Assembly: GCA_041749535.1 (NCBI GenBank)
Contig: JBGTBE010000042.1
Location: forward strand, 70,702 to 134,701
Direction of reading: 5' to 3'
DNA length: 64,000 nucleotides
Source of the DNA: Cryomorpha sp.
Lineage (GTDB): Bacteria > Bacteroidota > Bacteroidia > Flavobacteriales_D > Cryomorphaceae
Every line of letters starts with the position of its first letter. The stretch's first letter is position 1. Position numbers and translations under genes: made by a program. Shown here piece by piece: positions 29,463 to 39,753 of the stretch. The notes below the pieces were generated by a model, which was not told the origin of the DNA, did not search any database, and saw only the letters and a list, made by a program, of their open reading frames with translations.

Positions 29463-30176
29463 CTACCTTCGGGAAACCAGAAGGAGCTCTTTTGGCTCAA
29501 GGATTTTGATTTTTCTGCCTACGGTTTCGATAAGACCTTCTTTCTTAAAATCATTGAGCAAGCGAATCAGTGATTCGGTCGCCGTTCCAACGATGTTTGC
29601 AAGGTCTTCCCGGGAAAGGTTAATTTCTATTTCGCCCTTTGTTTCCTGCTCTATACCGTAGGTATCCTTGAGCATAAGCAAGGTAAGAGCAAGGCGTTGC
29701 CTCACACTCTGCTGTGCCAGCTGGGTCATCTTCATAGCCATAACATTCGCTTCACTGCACACATGCTGGAGTAAATCCAAATAGAACTTTGTACCCGGAC
29801 GCACCATTAAAAGAAAATCATCCTTGGGCACAAAACAAACCATACAATCATCCAGCGCCTCGGCTGTAAGTTGGTATAGCTGGTCGGAAAGCAATGACTT
29901 GTAACCCAAAATATCGCCGGCTGCAGAAACTTTTATTATCTGTTCTTTCCCATCCATACCCGTGCAATACACTTTTATTCGTCCTGTGTTTACACAAAAA
30001 ACACCCATTGGTCGGGTGCCTTCATGGAAGAGAACCTGACCTTTACGGTAGCACGTACACGTTTTAGCCTGGCTCAAAGTCTCTGAATCTTCGCCACTTA
30101 AGGTTCCAAAAATGGATCTGTGTTGAGACTTGCAAAACAAGCATGAATGCGGATTATCACCTAATTGATTAGCCAT
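29463..30176 (-). CDS. Crp/Fnr-family regulator with N-terminal Cys cluster (Fnr-like oxygen sensor). The start is taken at MANQLG.
   Basis: N-terminal Cys residues (HSCLFCKSQH, KTCTCYRK) precede a cNMP-binding-like beta-roll, with a C-terminal HTH (REDLANIVGTATESLIRLL). Confidence 0.75.
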   Translation of the reverse strand: MANQLGDNPHSCLFCKSQHRSIFGTLSGEDSETLSQAKTCTCYRKGQVLFHEGTRPMGVFCVNTGRIKVYCTGMDGKEQIIKVSAAGDILGYKSLLSDQLYQLTAEALDDCMVCFVPKDDFLLMVRPGTKFYLDLLQHVCSEANVMAMKMTQLAQQSVRQRLALTLLMLKDTYGIEQETKGEIEINLSREDLANIVGTATESLIRLLNDFKKEGLIETVGRKIKILEPKELLLVSRR

Positions 30177-30297
30177 TAAAAATCCATTTTTAACACGGTA
30201 GGAAGGTATTAAAAATTTAAGAACCGGAACACGGATGTTGAAGCCTCCAAGCCCAGCCAATTTTCTTATTTTTGGCAGAAATCTACCCGATTAAAAT

Positions 30298-31590
30298 ATG
30301 AAAAGAGACACTGCCGTATTTGATGTGATAGCCAAAGAGAAAATCAGGCAAATGGAAGGCATAGAACTGATTGCATCTGAGAACTTTGTAAGCGATCAAG
30401 TGATGGAAGCTATGGGCTCAGTAATGACCAATAAGTATGCAGAAGGCCTTCCAGGCAAGAGGTATTACGGTGGATGTGAGTTTGTAGATATTACTGAGAA
30501 TCTTGCCATTGACAGATTGAAAAAGCTCTTCAATGCGGCATGGGCCAATGTGCAACCACATAGCGGGGCGCAGGCCAATGCGGCTGTAATGCTCGCAGTA
30601 TTGCAACCGGGTGATAAAATTATGGGATTCGACCTTAGTCATGGTGGACACCTCACCCATGGTAGCCCTGTGAACTTTAGCGGGAAGTTGTACAATCCTG
30701 TGTTCTATGGAGTAGAGCGCGAGACTGGGCGCATTGACTATGACAAGCTGGAAGCGAAGGCAATGGTTGAGAAACCAAAACTTCTCATTTGCGGAGCTTC
30801 CGCATACTCCCGCGATTGGGATTACAAAAGATTGCGTGCTATAGCCGACAAGATTGGCGCGCTTTTGCTTGCTGATATATCTCATCCGGCTGGCCTCATT
30901 GCAGCAGGTTTACTCAACGACCCTATGCCGTATTGCCACATCGTGACTTCTACCACGCACAAGACCCTTCGCGGTCCAAGGGGTGGAATAATTATGATGG
31001 GCAAGGATTTTGACAATCCCTTCGGACTCAAAACTCCTAAAGGTGAGCTTAGACCCATGTCAGCGGTGCTGGACAGCGCAGTCTTTCCAGGTACACAGGG
31101 CGGACCATTGGAGCACGTTATTGCATCCAAAGCTGTTGCTTTTGGCGAAGCGCTTACCGATGAGTTCAAGGCTTACGGAAAGCAAGTAATTGCCAACTCT
31201 AAGAAACTGGCAGATTCGTTTATGGCACGTGGGTACAACATCATATCAGGTGGCACGGACAATCACAGTATGCTCATAGACCTGCGCTCAAAGGATATCA
31301 CCGGCAAAGAGGCCGAAAACACGCTTATAAAAGCCGATATCACCGTGAATAAAAACATGGTGCCATTTGATGATAAATCGCCTTTTGTGACCAGCGGAAT
31401 GCGTATAGGTACGCCCGCTATCACCAGCAGAGGCCTGCGCGAAGAGCACATGGACCGCATAGCCGAACTCATAGACCGCGCATTAATGAACCGCAGCGAT
31501 GATGCCGCCCTCAAAGCCATTAAGGAAGAAGTAAACCAGATGATGCATGCGTATCCTCTCTTTGCGACCACCCAATCTGTACATCACTGA
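30298..31590 (+). CDS. glyA: Serine hydroxymethyltransferase
   Basis: The protein is canonical throughout, including the PLP-site block [13 protein letters not shown]. Confidence 0.95.
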   Translation: MKRDTAVFDVIAKEKIRQMEGIELIASENFVSDQVMEAMGSVMTNKYAEGLPGKRYYGGCEFVDITENLAIDRLKKLFNAAWANVQPHSGAQANAAVMLAVLQPGDKIMGFDLSHGGHLTHGSPVNFSGKLYNPVFYGVERETGRIDYDKLEAKAMVEKPKLLICGASAYSRDWDYKRLRAIADKIGALLLADISHPAGLIAAGLLNDPMPYCHIVTSTTHKTLRGPRGGIIMMGKDFDNPFGLKTPKGELRPMSAVLDSAVFPGTQGGPLEHVIASKAVAFGEALTDEFKAYGKQVIANSKKLADSFMARGYNIISGGTDNHSMLIDLRSKDITGKEAENTLIKADITVNKNMVPFDDKSPFVTSGMRIGTPAITSRGLREEHMDRIAELIDRALMNRSDDAALKAIKEEVNQMMHAYPLFATTQSVHH

Positions 31591-31599
31591 AACGAACCC

Positions 31600-32886
31600 A
31601 TGCAAGAACCAATTCGTGCCAATGACCCTGTGAGGCGCAGCTGGATAAATGTACCTGCTGACAGTGACTTTTCAATTCAAAACCTTCCTTTCGGTATTTT
31701 TTCAGATGCTGGTGTGCAGAAGCATGCCTGTGTTGCCATTGGAACCGAAATCGCCGACCTTCACGCGCTGAGCTCCCTCGGATACTTGAAGGATTCGGGG
31801 TTCGAACCCCAGCAGTTCGCAGGCCCATTTCTGAATCCAATGATGAAGGCAGGGAAGCAAGCCATACGCAACCTGCGCAATAAACTTTCAGATATTTTTG
31901 ATGAAAAAAACACCACCCTTGCGGGAAATGAAGCGCACCGAAGGCAAGTGATTCGTGCCCAAAGCGCTGTGAGCATGGAGCTGCCAGTAGAGATTGGAGA
32001 TTACACAGATTTTTACAGCAGTGTAGAACACGCTACAAATGTTGGCATGATGTTCCGAGACCCGGCCAATGCACTCCTGCCCAACTGGAAGCATTTGCCT
32101 GTAGGCTACCATGGACGCAGTTCATCGATAATCCCCTCAGGAGTAGCCGTGCGCCGCCCCCTTGGACAAACCCGCCCAGACGACAGCCAGCCACCTGTAT
32201 TTGGCCCCACCAAACAGCTGGATTTTGAACTGGAAGTGGCATTTATAACATTCGATGGCAAACCACTCGGTGAGCGCATCAGCACCAGCGAGGCAGAAGA
32301 CCACATATTTGGACTGGTGCTTTTCAATGACTGGTCGGCGAGGGATATTCAAAAATGGGAATACGTGCCACTCGGCCCCTTCCTCGCTAAAAACTTTGCA
32401 TCGAGCATATCACCATGGATTGTGACCCTTGACGCGCTGGAAACATTTCGCGTAAGCGGCCCTGCCCAAGACCCGCCTGTGCTTCCCTACCTGCATTCTG
32501 ATGGCAACCGAAACATTGACCTGCAGCTTGAGGTGGGCATCGTGCCCGAAGGACAATCCGAGACTGTGGTGTGCCGGTCGAATTTCAAATATATGTATTG
32601 GAATATGGCCCAGCAGCTGGCCCATCATACCGTAAATGGTTGCAACATACGCTGCGGAGATATACTGGCTTCCGGCACCATTTCTGGCAAAGAGCCCGGT
32701 AGCTACGGCAGTATGCTCGAACTCACCTGGCGAGGGTCCAAACCTATTGCCCTTGCCGATGGCAGCGAGCGAAAATTCATCAATGATGGTGACACTGTAA
32801 CGATGCGGGGACATTGTGAAAAAAATGGAGTGCGGGTGGGATTTGGAGAGGTGCGAAGTCGGGTATTGGCAGCCAAAGAGGTTTGA
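31600..32886 (+). CDS. fahA: Fumarylacetoacetase
   Basis: It has the FAH N-terminal domain plus the C-terminal fumarylacetoacetate-hydrolase fold, and is 428 aa. Confidence 0.8.
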   Translation: MQEPIRANDPVRRSWINVPADSDFSIQNLPFGIFSDAGVQKHACVAIGTEIADLHALSSLGYLKDSGFEPQQFAGPFLNPMMKAGKQAIRNLRNKLSDIFDEKNTTLAGNEAHRRQVIRAQSAVSMELPVEIGDYTDFYSSVEHATNVGMMFRDPANALLPNWKHLPVGYHGRSSSIIPSGVAVRRPLGQTRPDDSQPPVFGPTKQLDFELEVAFITFDGKPLGERISTSEAEDHIFGLVLFNDWSARDIQKWEYVPLGPFLAKNFASSISPWIVTLDALETFRVSGPAQDPPVLPYLHSDGNRNIDLQLEVGIVPEGQSETVVCRSNFKYMYWNMAQQLAHHTVNGCNIRCGDILASGTISGKEPGSYGSMLELTWRGSKPIALADGSERKFINDGDTVTMRGHCEKNGVRVGFGEVRSRVLAAKEV

Positions 32887-32904
32887 TACATCAGCGGAGG
32901 AAGG

Positions 32905-35133
32905 ATGAAGGTTGATTTAGAAAAGGAGAAAAAAGAAATTCTTACCAGCTACCGGAGCCTGCTCAGGGTTGCGAAGCATTCTAAGTCCAATTCTGACAAA
33001 AAACTTCTCAGAAAAGCATTTGATCTCGCACTTGATGCCCACCGGGACATGCGCCGAAAAAGCGGTGAGCCCTACATATACCACCCTATAAGTGTAGCCA
33101 GGATTGTAGCCGAAGAAATAGGTCTTGGCACTACGGCCATCATATGCGCCCTGCTCCATGACACTGTGGAAGATACCGATCTTACCCTCGAGGACATAGA
33201 GCATATGTTTGGTACCAAGGTGAGGCAAATCATCGATGGTCTTACCAAGATAAGCGACATTGTAGACCATACATCCAGCATTCAGGCTGAGAATTTTAAG
33301 AAGATTCTACTCACCCTCAGCGACGATGTAAGGGTGATTCTCATAAAATTGGCTGACCGCCTTCACAACATGCGGACCTTGGATTCCATGCACAGAGACA
33401 AACAGCTGAAAATAGCCAGTGAAACGCAGTATCTCTTTGCTCCCCTGGCCCACAGACTCGGTCTTTACTCCATAAAAACTGAACTCGAAGACCTTGCCCT
33501 TAAGTACAATGAACCCGAAGCCTTCGATGACATTGTAATAAAACTTAAAAAAAGCCAGCCAATCCGAACCCGGTTCATCAACCGCTTTATACTCCCCATA
33601 AAGCGCGCGCTGGATGAAGCCGGTCTTCAATACGAAATCAAGAGCCGCCCCAAATCCATACACAGCATCTGGAATAAAATTTATTCAAAGGGAATTCCTT
33701 TTGAAGAAATTTACGATCTCTTCGCAATCAGAATTATTCTTGACACACCACCCGACCACGAGAAGTCCGATTGCTGGAGGGTTTACTCCATGGTCACTGA
33801 TTTTTACCAGCCAAACCCCGACAGGCTGCGAGACTGGATAAGTACGCCAAAAGCAAATGGCTATGAATCGCTCCACACCACAGTGATGAGTCCCACAGGT
33901 AAGTGGGTAGAGGTGCAGATAAGGACGCGACGTATGAATGAGATTGCGGAAAAAGGCTACGCCGCCCACTGGAAGTACAAAACCCAGCAGGAAACAGCCG
34001 ACTCAAGTATAGATGTATGGCTTGCACGTATTCGTGAAATGCTGGACAACAACAGCAGCGGGGCATTGGACTTTATTGATGATTTCAAGCTCAATCTATT
34101 CAGCGACGAGATCTTTGTCTTTACCCCTCAGGGCGACCTTAAGTCCCTCCCATCAAATGCCACCGCACTCGATTTTGCCTTTGAGATTCACTCTCAGGTA
34201 GGTGAGTCGTGCATAGGCGCGAAAGTAAACCACAAGCTGGTACCGCTGAGTCATCCTTTAAAAAGCGGTGACCAAATAGAGATTCTCACTTCCAAAAAAC
34301 AAAAAGCCAAAGAAGATTGGCTGAACTACGTGGTGACTGCGAAAGCCAAAAGCAAAATAAAGCAGGCACTCAAGGAAGAAACCAAGAAAGTAGCAAGCCT
34401 GGGTAAAGAAATGGTACAGCGCAAATTCAACGCGATGGGCGTGGAATTCAACAGTAAAAACGTCTCTGAGCTGGAACAATTTTATAATTATAAGGGAGCC
34501 ACAGATCTGTACCATGACCTTGCCAAAGGCAAGGTAACGCTCAAAAAAATAAAGGGATATACTGTTGAGAACGGCACGCTTATTTTCAACAACCTTAAAC
34601 AACCGGGCCCGCTGCCACAAGGTAAAGCGGAAGGAACAGGTTCTAAGGTACCCAAAGACCTCCTCATCATCGGCGACAACGAAAAGGATGTTCCCTATAA
34701 ACTTGCACCCTGCTGCAATCCCATTCCAGGTGATGATGTATTCGGATTTGTAACCATTAATGAGGGTATAAAAATACACCGCAACAATTGCCCGAATGCT
34801 GTGGCCCTCCGCTCCAACTACGCGTACAGGGTGATCAGGGCCAAGTGGCAAAGTCAGAAAGACAATGAATTTGTGGCCGATGTATTCTTCAAAGGTATAG
34901 ACGATATAGGCCTTGTGCACAACATAACCCAAACCATCTCAGCCGACCTCAACGTGAACATGAAAGCAATAAGTTTTGAGAGCAACGACGGGGTGTTTGA
35001 TGGCAGGGTGAGCGTGTATGTGTACGATAAGGACCACCTTAACAACCTGATGAGCAAGCTTCGCAAGGTAGAAGGTGTGCTTACTGTAACACGCGGCGAT
35101 ACCGCTGGTAAGATGAATGAAAACGACTTCTGA
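32905..35133 (+). CDS. Bifunctional (p)ppGpp synthetase/hydrolase (RelA/SpoT homologue)
   Basis: It has an HD domain (HDTVED), a synthetase domain, and TGS and ACT C-terminal domains, and is 742 aa. Confidence 0.9.
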   Translation: MKVDLEKEKKEILTSYRSLLRVAKHSKSNSDKKLLRKAFDLALDAHRDMRRKSGEPYIYHPISVARIVAEEIGLGTTAIICALLHDTVEDTDLTLEDIEHMFGTKVRQIIDGLTKISDIVDHTSSIQAENFKKILLTLSDDVRVILIKLADRLHNMRTLDSMHRDKQLKIASETQYLFAPLAHRLGLYSIKTELEDLALKYNEPEAFDDIVIKLKKSQPIRTRFINRFILPIKRALDEAGLQYEIKSRPKSIHSIWNKIYSKGIPFEEIYDLFAIRIILDTPPDHEKSDCWRVYSMVTDFYQPNPDRLRDWISTPKANGYESLHTTVMSPTGKWVEVQIRTRRMNEIAEKGYAAHWKYKTQQETADSSIDVWLARIREMLDNNSSGALDFIDDFKLNLFSDEIFVFTPQGDLKSLPSNATALDFAFEIHSQVGESCIGAKVNHKLVPLSHPLKSGDQIEILTSKKQKAKEDWLNYVVTAKAKSKIKQALKEETKKVASLGKEMVQRKFNAMGVEFNSKNVSELEQFYNYKGATDLYHDLAKGKVTLKKIKGYTVENGTLIFNNLKQPGPLPQGKAEGTGSKVPKDLLIIGDNEKDVPYKLAPCCNPIPGDDVFGFVTINEGIKIHRNNCPNAVALRSNYAYRVIRAKWQSQKDNEFVADVFFKGIDDIGLVHNITQTISADLNVNMKAISFESNDGVFDGRVSVYVYDKDHLNNLMSKLRKVEGVLTVTRGDTAGKMNENDF

Positions 35134-35164
35134 TTCGCGCCACTTTCAGATGATTTAACTACAT

Positions 35165-35650
35165 TTGCGGCACAACTCAATGGGGTCAAAACTAGAAACA
35201 CAACAAACAGTTCGTCAGATTTTTTCGGCGTATCTCGAGCAAAACGGGCACCGAAAAACACCTGAACGTTTTGCCATACTCAGTGAAATTTATGATTATG
35301 TAGGCCATTTCGATATAGAGTCGCTCTATATTAAAATGAAAAACAAAAATTACCGCGTGAGCCGCGCCACCCTATACAATACCATAGACCTGCTTCTAGC
35401 TTGCGGCTTGGTGCGCAAGCATCAGTTTGGCAAAAACATTGCACAATTCGAAAAATCGCATGATTACAAGCAACACGATCATGTAATATGCACAGACACA
35501 GGAGATGTGCTGGAATTTTGTGACCCCCGTATCGAATCGATAAAGAAGACCATTGAAGACATTTTTAAAGTGAAGGTATTACACCATAGTTTGTACTTTT
35601 ACGCGGTTCGCAATGAAACTACCAATACTGAACCGAACAAACAATCTTAA
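35165..35650 (+). CDS. fur: Fur-family transcriptional regulator
   Basis: It has a winged-helix N-terminus (PERFAILSEI, RATLYNTIDLL) and His/Cys metal-site residues (HDHVICTDTG...FCD). Confidence 0.7.
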   Translation: MRHNSMGSKLETQQTVRQIFSAYLEQNGHRKTPERFAILSEIYDYVGHFDIESLYIKMKNKNYRVSRATLYNTIDLLLACGLVRKHQFGKNIAQFEKSHDYKQHDHVICTDTGDVLEFCDPRIESIKKTIEDIFKVKVLHHSLYFYAVRNETTNTEPNKQS

Positions 35651-35683
35651 CTACTCAAACTACTCAAACTACTCAAACGAAAC

Positions 35684-36046
35684 ATGGCATTCAGTTACGC
35701 AATAACTAAAAATGGCAAGCTTGCAACTCTCTCTCTCGCTGGCCGACTGGTTGACAAAGGAGAGGCTGTAGAAATCAGCGTAGAGATAGAACAGGAACTT
35801 GAAGATGGTACCCACCACTTCATCATCGATCTGGCTGAGCTGGAATACATGAACAGCACCGGGCTCAACATCCTCATCAACCTGATGAATAAAACAAAGA
35901 ATGAAGGTGGCGCAGCTGTCATTGTAGGAGCCAAGCCCCGCATCGACGCGCTTTTCAGTGTCACAAAACTGAGCTCAGTTTTCACCATGATGAAGAACAT
36001 GGATGAGGCAATTCTGTATTTTCAAGAATTAAGCGAAAGTCGTTAA
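35684..36046 (+). CDS. STAS-domain protein (anti-sigma-factor antagonist-like)
   Basis: It is 120 aa with the STAS pattern (IIDLAELEYMNSTGLNILI, with a candidate phosphorylatable Ser). It is preceded by a 3x actactcaa tandem repeat. Confidence 0.7.
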   Translation: MAFSYAITKNGKLATLSLAGRLVDKGEAVEISVEIEQELEDGTHHFIIDLAELEYMNSTGLNILINLMNKTKNEGGAAVIVGAKPRIDALFSVTKLSSVFTMMKNMDEAILYFQELSESR

Positions 36047-37333
36047 ATGCAACACAAGGTAGATGTACTGCTCGGTCTGCAATGGGGCGACGAGGGGAAG
36101 GGTAAAATTGTAGATGTTCTTACTCCAAGCTACGATCTTATCGCGCGCTTTCAAGGTGGGCCAAATGCCGGACACACGCTTATATTCAACGGCATGAAGC
36201 ATGTACTGCATACCATACCTTCGGGAATTTTCCACCCTGACAAACTCAATGTTGTAGGCAATGGCGTAGTCATTGACCCCATCATTTTCCAAAGAGAAAC
36301 GGATGCCCTTGAGAAAATGGGCGTTTCTATAAAGGGCAACCTGCTCATATCGCGAAAGGCGCACCTCATTCTGCCCACACATTGCATACTCGACTCAGCA
36401 TCGGAAGCTGAGAAGGGCACGAAGAAAATTGGCTCTACGCTGAAGGGGATCGGGCCTACTTACATGGACAAAACAGGGCGCAATGGCCTTCGTGTTGGAG
36501 ACCTGTTTGCACCCGATTTCATGGAGAAGTACAACACCCTTAAAAACAAGCACAAGCGAATTCTTGAACAGTTCGATTTCAGCTATGACCTTGCCGAAAA
36601 AGAAGAAGCATGGTTTCGAGGCGTGGAGCATTTGAAAAAGCTTACCGTCATTGACTCTGAGCATTTTTTGAACCGAAAGCTTGCTGGCGGAAGCCGCATA
36701 TTGGCGGAAGGTGCGCAGGGCAGTCTGCTAGATATAGATTTTGGAAGCTATCCCTTTGTGACGTCTTCGAATACGGTAACAGCCGGTGCATGCACCGGTC
36801 TTGGCATAGCCCCAAATCGCATAGGTGAGGTAATAGGTATCTTCAAGGCATACTGCACACGCGTGGGCAGTGGCCCGTTTCCCACAGAGCTTGACAATGA
36901 GATTGGTGAGCGCATGCGCCAAGAGGGAGGAGAATTTGGCGCCACCACCGGCAGGCCTCGTCGCTGCGGATGGCTAGACCTGCCCGCTTTGAAATATGCC
37001 ATCATGATCAATGGAGTTACCCAGCTGAACATGACCAAAGCCGATGTACTCTCTATTTTCGATACGATAAAAATATGTACCCACTACAAGTACAAAGGCG
37101 AGAAGATTGATTACCTGCCCTACGATGCCGAACTTGGTGAAGTAGAACCTGTGTACACCGATATGAAAGGTTGGAAAACTGATCTTACTGGGCTGAACAG
37201 GGAAATAGATTTCCCACAGGAATTGAGCACATACATTGCCTATCTTGAAAAAGAACTTCAAACGCCTATCACGGTGGTATCCGTTGGCCCCGATAGAAAA
37301 CAAACCATCCTGCGCTCAGCAGTGCCCGTCTGA
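36047..37333 (+). CDS. purA: Adenylosuccinate synthetase
   Basis: It has the canonical N-terminal P-loop QWGDEGKGK and a full-length match. Confidence 0.95.
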   Translation: MQHKVDVLLGLQWGDEGKGKIVDVLTPSYDLIARFQGGPNAGHTLIFNGMKHVLHTIPSGIFHPDKLNVVGNGVVIDPIIFQRETDALEKMGVSIKGNLLISRKAHLILPTHCILDSASEAEKGTKKIGSTLKGIGPTYMDKTGRNGLRVGDLFAPDFMEKYNTLKNKHKRILEQFDFSYDLAEKEEAWFRGVEHLKKLTVIDSEHFLNRKLAGGSRILAEGAQGSLLDIDFGSYPFVTSSNTVTAGACTGLGIAPNRIGEVIGIFKAYCTRVGSGPFPTELDNEIGERMRQEGGEFGATTGRPRRCGWLDLPALKYAIMINGVTQLNMTKADVLSIFDTIKICTHYKYKGEKIDYLPYDAELGEVEPVYTDMKGWKTDLTGLNREIDFPQELSTYIAYLEKELQTPITVVSVGPDRKQTILRSAVPV

Positions 37334-37363
37334 GTGCGGCATTGATTTTGCTCAGCCCGCCAA

Positions 37364-38974
37364 ATGCACAACCCAACCCTTATTCGGCGAGTTCTTCACA
37401 CCCTCACCTTCTGCCTGCTATCAATAGTTGCATTTGCGCAGCCTCGCAATACCATTGAGCTGCTCGGCGCGCGCGACCTGAAGTTCGATAAAAGCATGGG
37501 CATTGACGCACAGCGGCTCATCGGAGATGTGCGCTTCAGGCATAAAGGAGCCTTGATGTGGTGCGACAGCGCTTATCTTTACAACCGTACCAACAGCCTC
37601 GACGCCTTCGGAAACGTACGCGTTTTGCAAGGCGATACCCTGGAACTTCTCAGCGATAAGCTTTATTACGATGGCAATACACAGTTTGTAAAGGTGAGGG
37701 ACAATGTGGTGCTCAAAGATGGTGAGATGACCCTCACCACTAATGTGCTGGACTTCGACCGGCGCACAGGCAAAGCGGTGTATTATGAAGGTGGTAGAAT
37801 TGTATCAGCTGCCAATACCAATGAACTTGAAAGCCTGGAAGGCCGCTACAATGCGGAAATTAAATACTTCTATTTCCGCAAAAAGGTAAAACTCACAAAT
37901 CCCAAATACCGCGTAGAAACAGACTCCCTCAACTACGACAACATTCGGGAAACGGCCTATTTCATGGGGCCTACCTATATCTACTCCGAAGAGAATACCA
38001 TATACTGTGAGAATGGATGGTACGACACCCGAAGCGACATTAGCCAATTTAATGAAAACGCATCCATAGACAATGGAAAACAGATTCTTCGGGGAGATAG
38101 TCTCTGGTATGACCGAAACAATGGTGTAGGAAAAGGATACCGGAATGTGTCCGTTTTCGACCGTGAAGCCAATTACATCATCAAAGGCCAGCTCGGCACT
38201 ATGTACGAAAGCAGCAGCCGCTCACTCATGACTGGCAAAGCCCACCTTATTCAATTTGACAAAACCGATACCCTTTACATGGCTGCAGATACCCTGCTGG
38301 CCTCCGGCGATACCATTTCCGGAAGGAGGGTGTTTGCGTACCCATCCGTACGGTTTTTCAGAAATGACCTTCAGGGTGTGGCCGACTCAGTGGTATACGC
38401 CCGCACAGATAGTATGATATATATGTACCGCACCCCGGTGTTGTGGAGCGCGAATACCCAGATTACAGGCGATACCATGGAGATCTCCACCAGGCAAAAC
38501 AAAATTCACCGCCTGTACGTGTTTCAAAATGCTTACATGGCTGAGAAAATGGACAGTACCAAGTTCCAACAAATAAAAGGGCGGCGATTAACGGGCTACT
38601 TCAAGGACAATGAACTGTACAAAACCGTGATAGAAGGCAACGGGCAATCCCTTTACTATGCCGAAGAGGAAGCCAAAACCAACCCCACAGACAGCCTCGC
38701 TGTGTCCATTAAGAATATCATTGGCGTGTACATTTCCATATGCAGCAACATTGCCATCTACATGGAAAATAAGAAAGTGAAAACAATACGTTTTCTCACC
38801 AAACCATCCGGGCGATTTATACCCTTACCCCTACTCGATCCTGAAGAAGCTTACTTTGATGGCTTTATTTGGTACCACACCATGCGCCCGGTTGATAAGG
38901 ACGACATTTTCCGCAAGGTGCAACCTGACAATGTTTTTGCCCCCAGGGTAAAGGTCAAGTCGTTCTCTAAATAA
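37364..38974 (+). CDS. OstA-like (LptA/LptD N-terminal fold) periplasmic protein
   Basis: It has a signal peptide and repeated beta-jellyroll OstA-like segments (LYYDGNTQFVKVRDNVVLKDG...). Confidence 0.6.
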   Translation: MHNPTLIRRVLHTLTFCLLSIVAFAQPRNTIELLGARDLKFDKSMGIDAQRLIGDVRFRHKGALMWCDSAYLYNRTNSLDAFGNVRVLQGDTLELLSDKLYYDGNTQFVKVRDNVVLKDGEMTLTTNVLDFDRRTGKAVYYEGGRIVSAANTNELESLEGRYNAEIKYFYFRKKVKLTNPKYRVETDSLNYDNIRETAYFMGPTYIYSEENTIYCENGWYDTRSDISQFNENASIDNGKQILRGDSLWYDRNNGVGKGYRNVSVFDREANYIIKGQLGTMYESSSRSLMTGKAHLIQFDKTDTLYMAADTLLASGDTISGRRVFAYPSVRFFRNDLQGVADSVVYARTDSMIYMYRTPVLWSANTQITGDTMEISTRQNKIHRLYVFQNAYMAEKMDSTKFQQIKGRRLTGYFKDNELYKTVIEGNGQSLYYAEEEAKTNPTDSLAVSIKNIIGVYISICSNIAIYMENKKVKTIRFLTKPSGRFIPLPLLDPEEAYFDGFIWYHTMRPVDKDDIFRKVQPDNVFAPRVKVKSFSK

Positions 38975-39138
38975 ATTCGGATAGATTCCGCATTATCTAA
39001 AATTCTTTCACAATAGTTGCACCCGTTCCTTTATTAATCGTAATATTGCAATGTATTAATGAAGCAAAATAATTTTGTGCCTTTCGCTAAGTGCATAATC
39101 CTAAACCAACAGCATTCTACAATTTAAAAATTAACCAG

Positions 39139-39606
39139 ATGAAACTCTCACAAGTAAAACACGCATTGCAAGGCATTCGCACAATCGGATTTAAACTGCC
39201 CGACGGGACATTGGTTCCAGCGCATTTTCACGTAACAGAAATAGGCAAAGTGAACAAGCACTTTATAGATTGCGGTGGCAACATCAGAAAAGAAGAAGTA
39301 ATAAACTTTCAACTGTGGAACGCCAATGATTACAACCACAGGCTACACCCTGAAAAGCTACTTAAAATAGTGAACTTGTCGGAGCAAAAACTGGGCCTTG
39401 CTGACCTGGATATCGAAGTGGAATACCAGGGGCAAACCATACAAAAATTTGGTCTTGATTTCGACGGAACCGAATTCATGCTCACCCCGCTGCACACCGA
39501 TTGCCTGGCCAAGGAAAATTGTGGTTTGCCAGCAAAGAAGCCGGAAGCCATAGCAGCAAAAAAGGAATCTGTAGCCTGCTGTGGGTCCGATTCTGGTTGC
39601 TGCTAA
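39139..39606 (+). CDS. Small conserved protein (DUF6428-like by memory) with a C-terminal Cys cluster CCGSDSGCC
   Basis: The start is taken at MKLSQVK, and the track ORF begins at 39091. The core LPDGTLVPAHFHVTEIG is conserved. The tail is Cys-rich, and the gene lies immediately upstream of a P-type ATPase. Confidence 0.5.
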   Translation: MKLSQVKHALQGIRTIGFKLPDGTLVPAHFHVTEIGKVNKHFIDCGGNIRKEEVINFQLWNANDYNHRLHPEKLLKIVNLSEQKLGLADLDIEVEYQGQTIQKFGLDFDGTEFMLTPLHTDCLAKENCGLPAKKPEAIAAKKESVACCGSDSGCC

Positions 39607-39753
39607 CTCAAGTTAAAACTGTAGGACATTTACCAGGCTGAAACAGTACCTGGTGGTGCGACAGAGATTGGTAAACCAAATTCGGCTGCAGCCATTCTGC
39701 ACAGTGATAGATGTTAGAAATAATTCGCATCGAGACCTTCAATATTCAAATCT

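Noticed and set aside
35640-35683. 3x actactcaa tandem repeat
   Set aside because: It is too short and simple to be a CRISPR array or regulatory array, and is probably a slippage remnant in the fur/STAS spacer.
38975-39090. Imperfect TTGCAA-centred palindrome as an ArsR-type operator
   Set aside because: The arms match poorly and no ArsR-family gene is adjacent, so it is mentioned only as a possibility.
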